Assembly (NCBI GenBank): GCA_049518415.1
Contig: JBEKRX010000028.1
Coordinates: 4,604 to 68,603 of the forward strand
Source of the DNA: Verrucomicrobiota bacterium
Lineage (GTDB): Bacteria; Verrucomicrobiota; Verrucomicrobiia; Limisphaerales; UBA8199
Length of the DNA: 64,000 nt
Direction of reading: 5' to 3'
The notes beneath the pieces were generated by a model. The model did no database searches and was not told the origin of the DNA. It worked only from the letters and a program-made list of their open reading frames with translations. Both the position numbers and the translations under genes were made by a program. Each line of letters starts with the position of its first letter. The stretch's first letter is position 1. Of this stretch, positions 35,112 through 43,578 are shown piece by piece.

Positions 35112-35210
35112 AAGCTGATCTTTCTACCGCGCGCGCAGGAACAACCCAGGGCCTGCCCGCGCAGCTCTTGTTACCAACAGGTTTGGCTAGAGAGACCAGC
35201 GCGGAGTCAG

Positions 35211-35252
35211 AAAATAAAAAACCTTCAGACCCCGACAAATCAGAGAATGAAG
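35211..35252 (-). terminator. possible intrinsic terminator / riboswitch expression platform
   Basis: The minus strand reads CCTTCA-(20 nt)-TGAAGG followed by TTTTTTATTTT, a conspicuous U-run in a high-GC genome. The stem is short and the loop long, so this is weak. Confidence 0.3.
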
Positions 35253-35393
35253 GCATTCGACGAATCCGGCCGCGCACCCGCCCGGCCGGCTGGCCTCATC
35301 CTTCTCTTTGACGGAGAAGTCGGCCGTTCGGACGGCAGGTCTGCCTGCCGGCGCCCGGAGGCGGCCACGCCTCCGTGAAACGGCCGTGACGAG

Positions 35394-35547
35394 CACAGCC
35401 AAACCGATATCCTGACTTCGGGCTGGGGACCTCGCTCCCGCCTTCCCGGTCTCGCCCAGGCGAGGCCAGTGGCTTTGGGAGTCTGTAACCCGTTACAGTG
35501 GCGCAACCGTCCCCGATTCTCACGGGGTTCCCTGACGCTTGGCTGTG
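35394..35547 (-). promoter_or_regulatory. cobalamin (B12) riboswitch
   Basis: The minus strand reads CACAGCCAAGCGUCAGGGAACCCCGUGAGAAUCGGGGACGGUUGCGCCACUGUAACGGG..AGCCACUGGCC..GACCGGGAAGGCGGG..AGCCCGAAGUCAGGAUAUCGGUUUGGCUGUG. It has a 9-bp P1 helix (CACAGCCAA/UUGGCUGUG), GGGAA, GUGAGAAUC, GCCACUG and GGGAAGGC blocks, and a B12-box-like 3' segment. Confidence 0.85.
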
Positions 35548-35667
35548 TCTTTTCAAAGAACAGCCTTTACCTATCCCGCCGCGCGCCCATTGCCAAGAAA
35601 AATCTTTGCTTGCTCTGCGCCAAGTTCAACTTGCAACTTCCACCCCCGCGTCCGACACTCCCGCGCC

Positions 35668-36465
35668 ATGAACCGCATCGAGCAGAGATTCGCCCGGCTC
35701 AAGCGCGAAGGCAGAAAGGGATTCATTGTCTATATCGGCGCGGGGGACCCGGACCTGGAGGCCACCCGGCAACTGGCGCTGGCGTTCGACAAACTGGGCG
35801 TGGATGTGTTGGAACTCGGGGTGCCTTTCAGCGACCCGCTCGCCGACGGGCTGGTGAACCAGCTTGCGGCCCAGCGCGGCCTGGCGTCGGGCACCACGCC
35901 GCCAGGTGTCCTGGCCACCGTTTCGGCCATCCGGAGGCAATCGGAGCTGCCGATCGTCCTCTATATCTATTTCAACCTGGTGCACCGTTACGGCCTGGAG
36001 CGCTTCATCGCGCACGCCGCCCGGGCCGGCGTGGACGGCTTGCTGGTGCTGGACCTGCCGCCGGAAGAGGGCGAAAGCTACGACCCGCTCATGCGGCAGG
36101 CGGGGCTCTGTCCGATTTACCTGGTCGCGCCGACCACGCCGGAGGAGCGCATTGAATTGATTGTCAAGCGCGGCGCCGGTTTCATCTATTACGTCTGCCG
36201 CGAAGGGGTCACCGGCATGCAGGCCCAGGTCGCGGACGGCCTGGCGCCCATGGTCGCCAGGATCCGGGCGCATACCGATTTGCCGATTGCGGTCGGTTTT
36301 GGAATCTCGACCCCGGAACAAGCCAGGACGGTGGCCGCGACCGCCGAAGCGGTCGTCGTCGGGAGCGCGATTGTGGACCAGATTGCCCAACTGGGGCGAG
36401 ACCCCGCCCTGGTCCGCCGGGTGGCCGAATTTGTAAAACCCCTGGCGGCGGCCGTCAAGGGCTGA
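35668..36465 (+). CDS. trpA: tryptophan synthase alpha chain
   Basis: 265-aa ORF from the ATG at 35668. FIVYIGAGDP, VLELGVPFSDPLADG and GFGISTPEQ blocks. Confidence 0.9.
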   Translation: MNRIEQRFARLKREGRKGFIVYIGAGDPDLEATRQLALAFDKLGVDVLELGVPFSDPLADGLVNQLAAQRGLASGTTPPGVLATVSAIRRQSELPIVLYIYFNLVHRYGLERFIAHAARAGVDGLLVLDLPPEEGESYDPLMRQAGLCPIYLVAPTTPEERIELIVKRGAGFIYYVCREGVTGMQAQVADGLAPMVARIRAHTDLPIAVGFGISTPEQARTVAATAEAVVVGSAIVDQIAQLGRDPALVRRVAEFVKPLAAAVKG

Positions 36466-36557
36466 GCGCCAGGGCTTTGGTTTTGAGGGCGCCAATAGCT
36501 TCCAATGGCTCTCCCCCCAGACCAGGGCGGATAGAAATGTAATACAGGGCCTCGAAC

Positions 36558-37691
36558 ATGAAAAAAAACCTCAAGGCCGAAGATCGTTTCGTCATCATCC
36601 TGGCGGGCGGGCGAGGCGAGCGGTTCTGGCCGGTGAGCCGGGAGCAGACGCCTAAACAACTGCTGGCATTGCTGGGCAATCGTTCGTTTCTGCAACAGGC
36701 GGTCGACCGGGTGCTGCCGCTGGCGCCGCTCCACAATATCCTGGTCATCACCAACGAAATCCAGGCCCCGGCAGTGCGCCAACAACTGCCGCAACTGCCC
36801 AGCGAGAATATTATCGCCGAGCCGGTGGGCCGCGACACCTGCGCCGCGGTCACCCTGGGCGCCGCCCTGGTGGGCGCCCGCTCGACCACGGCCGTGATGG
36901 CCGTCCTGCCCGCCGACCATGTCATCCCCGACGAGCAGAAGTTCCAACAGGTCCTGGCCGACGCCTTCGACCTGGCCGGGCGCGGGCAGGCCATTCTCAC
37001 CATCGGCATCAAGCCGACCGAGCCGGCTACCGGCTACGGCTACATTCGCGTGGGCGAACCGCTGCCACCGCCCCCAGGGGTCAAGGCCTACAAGACCGCC
37101 TTCTATCGGGCCAGGCAGTTCGTCGAGAAGCCCAATTACAAACAGGCCCTGAAATACCTCAGCCGCGGCCAGTACCGCTGGAACGCCGGCATGTTCCTCT
37201 GGTCGTTTGCGACGATCACCGAAGGCTTGCACAAGCATCAGCCGGCAATGTACCAGGCCTGCCAGCGCTGGTTCAAAGCGGCCGGCGCTGCGGCCAAACT
37301 CAAACCGCTCCTCGCCAGGGAATATCCCGCGCTCAAGAAAATCTCGATCGACTACGCGCTCCTGGAGCACGCGCAGAATGTGATTGTGGCCGACGGCGCG
37401 TTTCCCTGGGACGACCTCGGCTCCTGGACGGCGTTGGCCCGGCATCTCAAGGCCGACCCCGAAGGCAACTGCGCGGTGGCCGATTTCATCCATCTGGATG
37501 GCGCCCGCAACCTCATCTTCGACGCCCGCACTCCCCAGCGGCGCACGCCGATCGCCCTCGTCGGCCTGTGCGATGCCATTCTGGTCCAGACGGACGACGC
37601 CACCCTGCTGGCCCACAAAAGCCAGGCGCAGAAGGTCAAGCAATTGGTCAAAAAACTGGCCGAGCATCCCAAGCTCAAGCACCTGGTCTGA
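36558..37691 (+). CDS. mannose-1-phosphate guanylyltransferase (nucleotidyltransferase domain only)
   Basis: FVIILAGGRGERFWPVSREQTPKQLL (GGxGxRxWPxSR), EPVGRDTCAAV, GYGYI and WNAGMFLW blocks. No C-terminal isomerase/cupin domain. Confidence 0.85.
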   Translation: MKKNLKAEDRFVIILAGGRGERFWPVSREQTPKQLLALLGNRSFLQQAVDRVLPLAPLHNILVITNEIQAPAVRQQLPQLPSENIIAEPVGRDTCAAVTLGAALVGARSTTAVMAVLPADHVIPDEQKFQQVLADAFDLAGRGQAILTIGIKPTEPATGYGYIRVGEPLPPPPGVKAYKTAFYRARQFVEKPNYKQALKYLSRGQYRWNAGMFLWSFATITEGLHKHQPAMYQACQRWFKAAGAAAKLKPLLAREYPALKKISIDYALLEHAQNVIVADGAFPWDDLGSWTALARHLKADPEGNCAVADFIHLDGARNLIFDARTPQRRTPIALVGLCDAILVQTDDATLLAHKSQAQKVKQLVKKLAEHPKLKHLV

Positions 37692-38055
37692 CCCGCATGT
37701 TTCGCAGCCCGGCCCAGGCGCGTGTCGGGCAGGCCGTCCACGACCTTGCCCGTTCGCGCAGCGAAACACCACAACCGCTCCGAAAGTCCATTGGGCGTCA
37801 TCCGCGGGCATTCTTCAATAACCAACGATCGTTTTTCGATTCTCAATTTTCAATTCACCTAAAAGAAGCGCTGGCTCAGCGCACTGTTGCAATCGCAGCG
37901 AAATGAGAGGGTCGTTTTCCGGGCAGCCAGCGTGAGAAGCCTGGGGGTGGGGGCCGATTACAAACGGGGGACGATTTTTTAGTTGCCCTTGAGATTGCAT
38001 TATGATATCAACACGATAGCAATGACAGGCCCAAGCGCAAAGGGCCAATACTAAT

Positions 38056-39072
38056 ATGAATACTCTAAATGCGGCCGTGAATCGTGAGAAAGTCGTCAAA
38101 GTCCTGAACGGGTGGGTGATGTTGCCGATTGTCTTCATTCTCTTTTTCGGGGCGATCGCTTTATTTATCTATTCCCTCAGCCCCGGCGCCCGGGTTGAGG
38201 ACCATCCCGTGTGGAGTCTTTTCGTGAGCTCGCTGCTGATCGAAATTGCGGCCATCATCATGTTTAAGGGATTCTTCGCGCTGCAACCGAACGAGGCCAG
38301 GGTGCTGGTGTTGTTTGGCGCCTACAAGGGCACGGTGCGGGCGCCGGGGTTTCATTGGGGCAATCCGTTCTACTCGAACGGTCCGGACCAGCCCGGGCCG
38401 CTGCGCGTTATGGCGGAATGGCAGGCCAATCTTGCTGCGCGCAAGGCCGGCGGGGCGGAACCGGGCCGCAAGAGGCAGGCGCGCTTCAAATTTTCGCTGC
38501 GGACCCGCAACTTCAACAGCGAGAAGCTCAAGGTCAATGACAAGCGGGGCAATCCGATTGAGATTGCGGCGGTGGTGGTCTGGCGCGTGGAGGACACGGC
38601 GCAGGCGGCCTTTGAGGTGGATGACTATGAAAACTACGTGCGGGTGCAAAGCGAGTCGGCCATCCGGCACCTGGCCAGCGCCTACGCCTACGACTATGGC
38701 GAAGAGCATGAAGTCACCCTGCGCAGCGGGATGGACGAAGTCTCCCAGGCGCTGAAAGTGGAGTTGCAGGCGCGTCTGGACAAGGCGGGGGTGCTGGTGG
38801 AAGAGGCGCGTTTGACGCACCTGGCGTATGCGCCGGAGATCGCCCAGGCGATGCTGCGGCGGCAGCAGGCGGAGGCGGTGATTGCCGCGCGGCAAAAGAT
38901 CGTCCATGGCGCCGTCAGCATGGTGGAAATGGCCTTGCGAGAACTGGCTGAGAAACAGGTGGTGCAACTGGACGACGAACGCCGGGCCGCCATGGTGAGC
39001 AACCTCATGGTCGTGCTTTGCGGCGAGGCCGAAGTGCATCCGGTGGTGAACACGGGAACGCTTTACGCGTGA
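38056..39072 (+). CDS. SPFH/band-7 domain membrane protein
   Basis: Two N-terminal TM helices, then [30 protein letters not shown] and a coiled C-terminal [20 protein letters not shown] segment typical of SPFH proteins. Confidence 0.85.
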   Translation: MNTLNAAVNREKVVKVLNGWVMLPIVFILFFGAIALFIYSLSPGARVEDHPVWSLFVSSLLIEIAAIIMFKGFFALQPNEARVLVLFGAYKGTVRAPGFHWGNPFYSNGPDQPGPLRVMAEWQANLAARKAGGAEPGRKRQARFKFSLRTRNFNSEKLKVNDKRGNPIEIAAVVVWRVEDTAQAAFEVDDYENYVRVQSESAIRHLASAYAYDYGEEHEVTLRSGMDEVSQALKVELQARLDKAGVLVEEARLTHLAYAPEIAQAMLRRQQAEAVIAARQKIVHGAVSMVEMALRELAEKQVVQLDDERRAAMVSNLMVVLCGEAEVHPVVNTGTLYA

Positions 39073-39079
39073 ACTGGGC

Positions 39080-39292
39080 ATGGCCGAACGCAAACCGTTC
39101 CTGTTGCGCATGGCGCCCGAACTTTGGGCCGACCTCGAGGCCTGGGCGAAGGATGAACTGCGGAGTGTCAACGGCCAAATCGAATACCTCCTCAAACAGG
39201 CCGTGCAGAAGCGCAAGGGTCCGCGCCGCCAAACCAACCCGGGCGCCGAGGGTCCGGACCTGACCCGCACGCGGGGGAGGGATGCTGGGTGA
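39080..39292 (+). CDS. Arc/ribbon-helix-helix-like small protein
   Basis: 70-aa ORF 7 nt after the SPFH stop. [38 protein letters not shown] has the strand-helix-helix pattern of Arc/MetJ-type proteins. Confidence 0.6.
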   Translation: MAERKPFLLRMAPELWADLEAWAKDELRSVNGQIEYLLKQAVQKRKGPRRQTNPGAEGPDLTRTRGRDAG

Positions 39293-39384
39293 AGCCAGAG
39301 GTCAGAGGTCGGAAGTCAGAAGGCAGAAGCAAATCTGAATGCCGAGAGCAGAAATCCGAAACAAGAATTGAACAAACGAGTATT

Positions 39385-40872
39385 ATGAAAAGCTCAGGCG
39401 TATCACTAACCCGAATATTTCACACTGGCGCGGCCGGAGGGCCGGCTGCCAGCCGGCTTTGGCGGTTCGAATGCGCAAAGCCGGCAAGCTGCCGGCGCTC
39501 GGTCCTGTCGGCCTTCCGTGGGAGGTGTGAAATATTCGGGTTGACGCTGGTTCTGGCAACTGCGGTTGCGAGTGTGCCACTGGCCGCCGGCCCGGAATCC
39601 GGCGATGTCACCGAGTCGGGCAAACGGTTTGTTGACTTGCTGGCCAAGGAAGACTTCGCCGGCGCCTTCGCGCAGTTCGACCCAAGAGTGAAGCAGGCCC
39701 TGCCGGAAACCAAGCTGCGCGAAACCTGGCAGGCCCTCCAGGCCCAGAGCGGCCCCTTCAAGAAGACGCTCGCGGCCCGCGCCGAAAAGCAGATGGGCTA
39801 TGACGTTGTCCTCGTCACCTGCGAATTCGCGCGAGCGACTTTGGACACGAAAGTGGTCTTTGACGCCAAACGCCAGGTCGCCGGCTTGTTCTTTGTCCCG
39901 ACCCGGCCCGCCGCTACGGCGACCCCGCCTCCCTACGCCCGGACCAATGCTTTCCGTGAGCAGCAACTCACGGTCGGCAGCGGCCAATGGGCCCTGCCCG
40001 GCACCTTGAGCGTGCCCACCGCCGGCGGCCCTTGGCCCGCCCTGGTGCTGGTCCATGGCTCCGGGCCGCAGGACCGCGACGAGACCCTCGGGGCCAACAA
40101 GCCCTTCCGGGACCTGGCCTGGGGACTGGCGACCAGAGGCATTGCCGTCCTGCGCTACGAGAAACGCACCAAGGAACATGGCCTCAAACTCATGGCCGCC
40201 CTCCACAAGCTCACGTTGCAGGAAGAGACCATTGATGACGCCCTGAGCGCCGTCGCCCGGCTCCGTGCCACCGCCGGCCTGGATGCCAAACGCATCTTTG
40301 TCCTGGGCCACAGCCTGGGCGGCCTCGCTGTTCCCAGGATCGGCAAGGCCGACCCGGAGCTCGCCGGGTTGATTATCCTGGCCGGTTCCACCCGGCCCCT
40401 GGAGGACATCATCGTCGAGCAGGTGGATTACCTCGTCTCGCTGGATGCGTCCAAAGCCGCCGAAGCCAGCCCCAAGCTCGCCGAAATCAAGGCGGACGTG
40501 GCCAAGGTGAAAAAACTCACCGCGGCCGATGCCTCCTCGACGAACCTGCTGCTGGGCGCCCCGGTGGTGTACTGGCTGGACTTGCGCGCCTACGATGCCC
40601 CGGCTACCGCCCGGACGCTCAAACAACCCCTGCTCATCCTCCAGGGCCAGCGCGATTACCAGGTCACCCAGGCGGATTTCGACGGCTGGAAAAAGGCGCT
40701 CGGGGCTTCCCCCAACATCACCTTCAAGCTGTATCCGACGCTCAACCACCTCTTCATCGCCGGCGAAGGCAAGAGCACCCCGGACGAATACGAGCAAAGC
40801 GGCCATGTCGCGGAGACGGTGGTGGCGGACATTGCCGCCTGGATCCTGGCCCGGAATAGCGCCGGCCGATAG
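39385..40872 (+). CDS. secreted alpha/beta hydrolase with DUF3887-like N-terminal domain
   Basis: DUF3887-like segment (FVDLLAKEDFAGAFAQFDPRVKQALPETKLRETWQAL), then a hydrolase core (LVLVHGSGPQDRDE, nucleophile elbow GHSLGG, C-terminal NHLF). Start uncertain (track ORF begins at 39289). Confidence 0.8.
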   Translation: MKSSGVSLTRIFHTGAAGGPAASRLWRFECAKPASCRRSVLSAFRGRCEIFGLTLVLATAVASVPLAAGPESGDVTESGKRFVDLLAKEDFAGAFAQFDPRVKQALPETKLRETWQALQAQSGPFKKTLAARAEKQMGYDVVLVTCEFARATLDTKVVFDAKRQVAGLFFVPTRPAATATPPPYARTNAFREQQLTVGSGQWALPGTLSVPTAGGPWPALVLVHGSGPQDRDETLGANKPFRDLAWGLATRGIAVLRYEKRTKEHGLKLMAALHKLTLQEETIDDALSAVARLRATAGLDAKRIFVLGHSLGGLAVPRIGKADPELAGLIILAGSTRPLEDIIVEQVDYLVSLDASKAAEASPKLAEIKADVAKVKKLTAADASSTNLLLGAPVVYWLDLRAYDAPATARTLKQPLLILQGQRDYQVTQADFDGWKKALGASPNITFKLYPTLNHLFIAGEGKSTPDEYEQSGHVAETVVADIAAWILARNSAGR

Positions 40873-41038
40873 CACCCCGGCCCTTCCTTCCGCCAAAAAT
40901 CCCAAGACAGAACGGAAACGCTGGAACAGCTCCGACGTGACGAGAAGTGGCTTGCTCGCGCGAGGGACGCGATTTGCGCATATTGGCGGGAAAGCAACGC
41001 CCGCAAGGCAGCCTCTGCGCATGGGAAGACGCCCGTCG

Positions 41039-41872
41039 TCAAAAGTAGCTCAGGAATTGCTGCATAAGCTCAAACGCGCGGCGAGCTTGCATCGCCTGTG
41101 TTTCCGCATCAACCGCACCGTGAAACTCCACGACTTGTCCCGGGCCAAAAGCGTCCACACTGGCAAATTTTTCCCGCAGGATTTCGAGTGCTCGGGCAAC
41201 TTCCTTCTCTTTGAGCCCGTTCTTCCAAACGGTAGCCAACGCGTTCATGCCGTCCGGAAAGTGTTCGAGACAATAGCAGAAATCGTACGCATCTTTGGGC
41301 TTGTCTCGCCCGGCCAAAGCATGTGCCTTCATCACCAGGAAGTCTGGCAGTGATGCGATGCGCCAGCGCACCTTGTTATTGGCCCCGCGCACTGTCCTGC
41401 CCGAAACCTCCATCCTTACCGGTGCGCGGAATGCCGCACCACAGGCATCCGCCTGCAAAACCCGGAAACCTTCCAGAAGTTTGGGCCGATTCCTTTTCAG
41501 CTTCACTTGCCGCGACGCCAGGAATTCGACTTCCACTTCAACCGGCTTCTCGCCGTCCTTCAAGTCCACCTCGACCACGAGTTGAAACGGTTTCGCTCCA
41601 CGTTTGTAGCGGCCAGTGTCCAGCAGCAGCTTGAGCAAGTCAGCATATCGGCCATCGGCGAGTTTCTTCGCATCGAGAGCCAGGTCCACGTCAATGCTCC
41701 CAACGTGTGGTTCGTCCGCTTGTTCCAACAGGAGATCGGGCACCCAACCACCGACGACCACAAGACAGTCTTCAAACGCCGCCAATACCTGCCCAAGGTC
41801 AACCAGAACGCGCCGAGCGGCTTCGACTTGGCGCGGACTGTAGTCGTCACGCTGGCGAGGTTCGGGATTCAC
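41039..41872 (-). CDS. nucleotidyltransferase, AbiEii/AbiGii-toxin-like
   Basis: The GTG at 41872 overlaps the upstream stop (GTGA). NTase-fold motif LVVVGGWVPDLL...GSIDVDLALD and C-terminal GRDKPKDAYDFCYCLEHF as in AbiEii-type proteins. Confidence 0.7.
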   Translation of the reverse strand: MNPEPRQRDDYSPRQVEAARRVLVDLGQVLAAFEDCLVVVGGWVPDLLLEQADEPHVGSIDVDLALDAKKLADGRYADLLKLLLDTGRYKRGAKPFQLVVEVDLKDGEKPVEVEVEFLASRQVKLKRNRPKLLEGFRVLQADACGAAFRAPVRMEVSGRTVRGANNKVRWRIASLPDFLVMKAHALAGRDKPKDAYDFCYCLEHFPDGMNALATVWKNGLKEKEVARALEILREKFASVDAFGPGQVVEFHGAVDAETQAMQARRAFELMQQFLSYF

Positions 41873-42984
41873 AATAAACCTCGCGCTTTCCAGGCACGCT
41901 TGAGATTCTGTTCCAGCAACGCTTCGGCGGCCTCTTCGCCGCGTCCGCCGCAATGAAACAAGTCCACGTAAGTTTGCACCGCGTTGGTGCAAGCCAGCCG
42001 GTCGGCCTCTCCTTCCCGTAGATAGAATACGCCCTCATCGGCGGGGATGAGCACCACGAGGTTTTCGCCTGAGTCCACGAGCTTCGCTTCGGCCGCGTCC
42101 CGAAAAGCGTCCTCCCATTCCGCACTGACAAACACCCACGTTTTGGGTTGTCGCACATGCGGTGCCTGGAAATCTGCGGCAGAGAACGCGGCGTAAGCTG
42201 CGTGTCCTCCGATGATGGATTCAAGTGGGGCGAGTTTCTCTTGCAGTTGCCGGCCTTGCAGCAGTGTGAAATAACTGCGGCGCTGGTGACGGTCAAAGCG
42301 GTAAGCGTCGCGCCACGCCGTCAGTAATTCGAGCGGAGCATGCAACTTGAAGCCGCCGTCTGGCAGATCCTCAATAAATGCTTCGTCGTGGAGATGGCGG
42401 ACGACTTTGTTTACCAAACCAATGCTGACGTTAGGTTGAGAGTGAAGTCGCAAGTCTTGTTGAGTCCATTTCCGCCCGGCATTGTCCGTTGCGAGCAGTG
42501 CGCGGATGACACGCGCTGCTTCAGGAGTGCCGAGATTGGCTGAGCGTCGCTGAGGGCCATGTACAGGCTCTTGACCCGTTCTTTCGAGGTGCAACACGCC
42601 GGGCACGCTCAGGCGATAGTTGCCCGCAAGATCGAACCAACTCCAACCATGTTTCTGGCAGATTTCTGCCATTCGTGGCGAAATATACGGCGCGGCAAAA
42701 ACAAACACCTGAGGTTTGCTTGCAGGTTGATAATAATGGGTGACGTCAACGTAAGGAAACTGGGAAGGGCGCGGGTCGGCCTTGCACTCGACGTGTAACT
42801 CGGCCGTAATGCCACCCGGCAGCGGCAAGGTGGCTGTTATATCGAATCCAGCATCATCCCTGAATGCTGCCAGAGCCCGCTGGACTTTCCAGTCCTTCAG
42901 CCACGGCACACCTCCAAGCAATTCACGAAGCTTGTCTGCGACTGCCTTTTCCAGCGCGAAACCAGATATCCGCGCCTTGTTCAT
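41869..42984 (-). CDS. AbiEi-antitoxin-like protein with N-terminal PD-(D/E)xK nuclease-like module
   Basis: The N-terminus has D..(E)xK spacing (AGFDITATLPLPGGITAELHVECKAD). The middle is a winged-helix-like segment (WTQQDLRLHSQPNVSIGLVNKVVRHLHDEAFIE). The C-terminus (TWVFVSAEW...NLVVL...VQTYVDLFHCGGRGEEAAEALL) resembles the AbiEi C-terminal domain. Confidence 0.65.
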   Translation of the reverse strand: MNKARISGFALEKAVADKLRELLGGVPWLKDWKVQRALAAFRDDAGFDITATLPLPGGITAELHVECKADPRPSQFPYVDVTHYYQPASKPQVFVFAAPYISPRMAEICQKHGWSWFDLAGNYRLSVPGVLHLERTGQEPVHGPQRRSANLGTPEAARVIRALLATDNAGRKWTQQDLRLHSQPNVSIGLVNKVVRHLHDEAFIEDLPDGGFKLHAPLELLTAWRDAYRFDRHQRRSYFTLLQGRQLQEKLAPLESIIGGHAAYAAFSAADFQAPHVRQPKTWVFVSAEWEDAFRDAAEAKLVDSGENLVVLIPADEGVFYLREGEADRLACTNAVQTYVDLFHCGGRGEEAAEALLEQNLKRAWKARGLL

Positions 42985-43000
42985 GGATTCGGCACTTTCA

Positions 43001-43033
43001 CGTTTTCGTGAACATAGGCGTTTTCGTGAACAT
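43001..43033 (-). promoter_or_regulatory. two perfect 15-bp direct repeats (candidate operator) upstream of the AbiEi-like gene
   Basis: cgttttcgtgaacat at 43001-43015 and again at 43019-43033 (3-nt spacer), starting 17 nt upstream of the ATG at 42984. Confidence 0.5.
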
Positions 43034-43100
43034 GCTCAAGCGCATTTTTTGTCTTTTTAAGCAACGAAGTAAACGAAGTGGGGTCACGTCTGAATGGCAG

Positions 43101-43457
43101 TTAGTTAAGCCCTAAGGTCTTCTTGCTGAGCATCTTGCGTCGAGAGGTGCTGGGCAGATGCTTCCACATGTAATCCAGGGTGAGCCGGTACATTTGACTG
43201 AGGAGGTCCTTAACCTTGCGTTGGTTGGCGATGGCCCGTTTCAGCCAGGCAAACTGCTCCGGACTCAAGGCAGCGGTGACCGTCTTGCCCTGCACCCGGC
43301 GGGACCACTGGTAACGTGGTCCGCCTTGGCCCGGTAACTTGCGTTCCAGGACGCTGCCCAGCGCGATCCAGCCAATTTGTTCCAACCGGGCGCGCAAGCG
43401 CCGATAGGCGGCTGGGAGTTGGGCGTCGGCGGCCGGTTTAGCTCGTTGCATGAACAA
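43101..43457 (-). CDS. hypothetical protein (DUF6788-like)
   Basis: 118-aa ORF. GSVLERKLPGQGGPRYQWSRRVQGKTVTAALSPEQFAWLKRAIANQRKVKDLL resembles, from memory, small DUF6788 proteins, which are often seen in mobile contexts. Here it lacks the usual Cys pair. Confidence 0.5.
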   Translation of the reverse strand: MFMQRAKPAADAQLPAAYRRLRARLEQIGWIALGSVLERKLPGQGGPRYQWSRRVQGKTVTAALSPEQFAWLKRAIANQRKVKDLLSQMYRLTLDYMWKHLPSTSRRKMLSKKTLGLN

Positions 43458-43578
43458 AAGACTAGCATGGGCGTCAATAGGACAGTGTAAATACTGTCTT
43501 ATGACCCCTGACTTCCCTGCCTGGTCCGGCGGCTTCGCCGCTCAGGTCCACCGCTTGGGCACTCATGCCCCGGCTGGG

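Noticed and set aside
35187-35402. 71-aa minus-strand ORF between the riboswitch and the 331-aa gene
   Set aside because: It is Arg/Ala-rich, overlaps the predicted expression-platform hairpins, and has no homology signal. It is treated as leader RNA.
36189-37811. 540-aa minus-strand ORF across trpA and the guanylyltransferase gene
   Set aside because: It is antisense to two genes with clear family motifs. Its composition is typical of GC-rich non-coding frames.
39406-41022. 538-aa minus-strand ORF over the alpha/beta hydrolase gene
   Set aside because: Antisense shadow. The plus frame contains the GHSLGG nucleophile elbow and a DUF3887-like domain.
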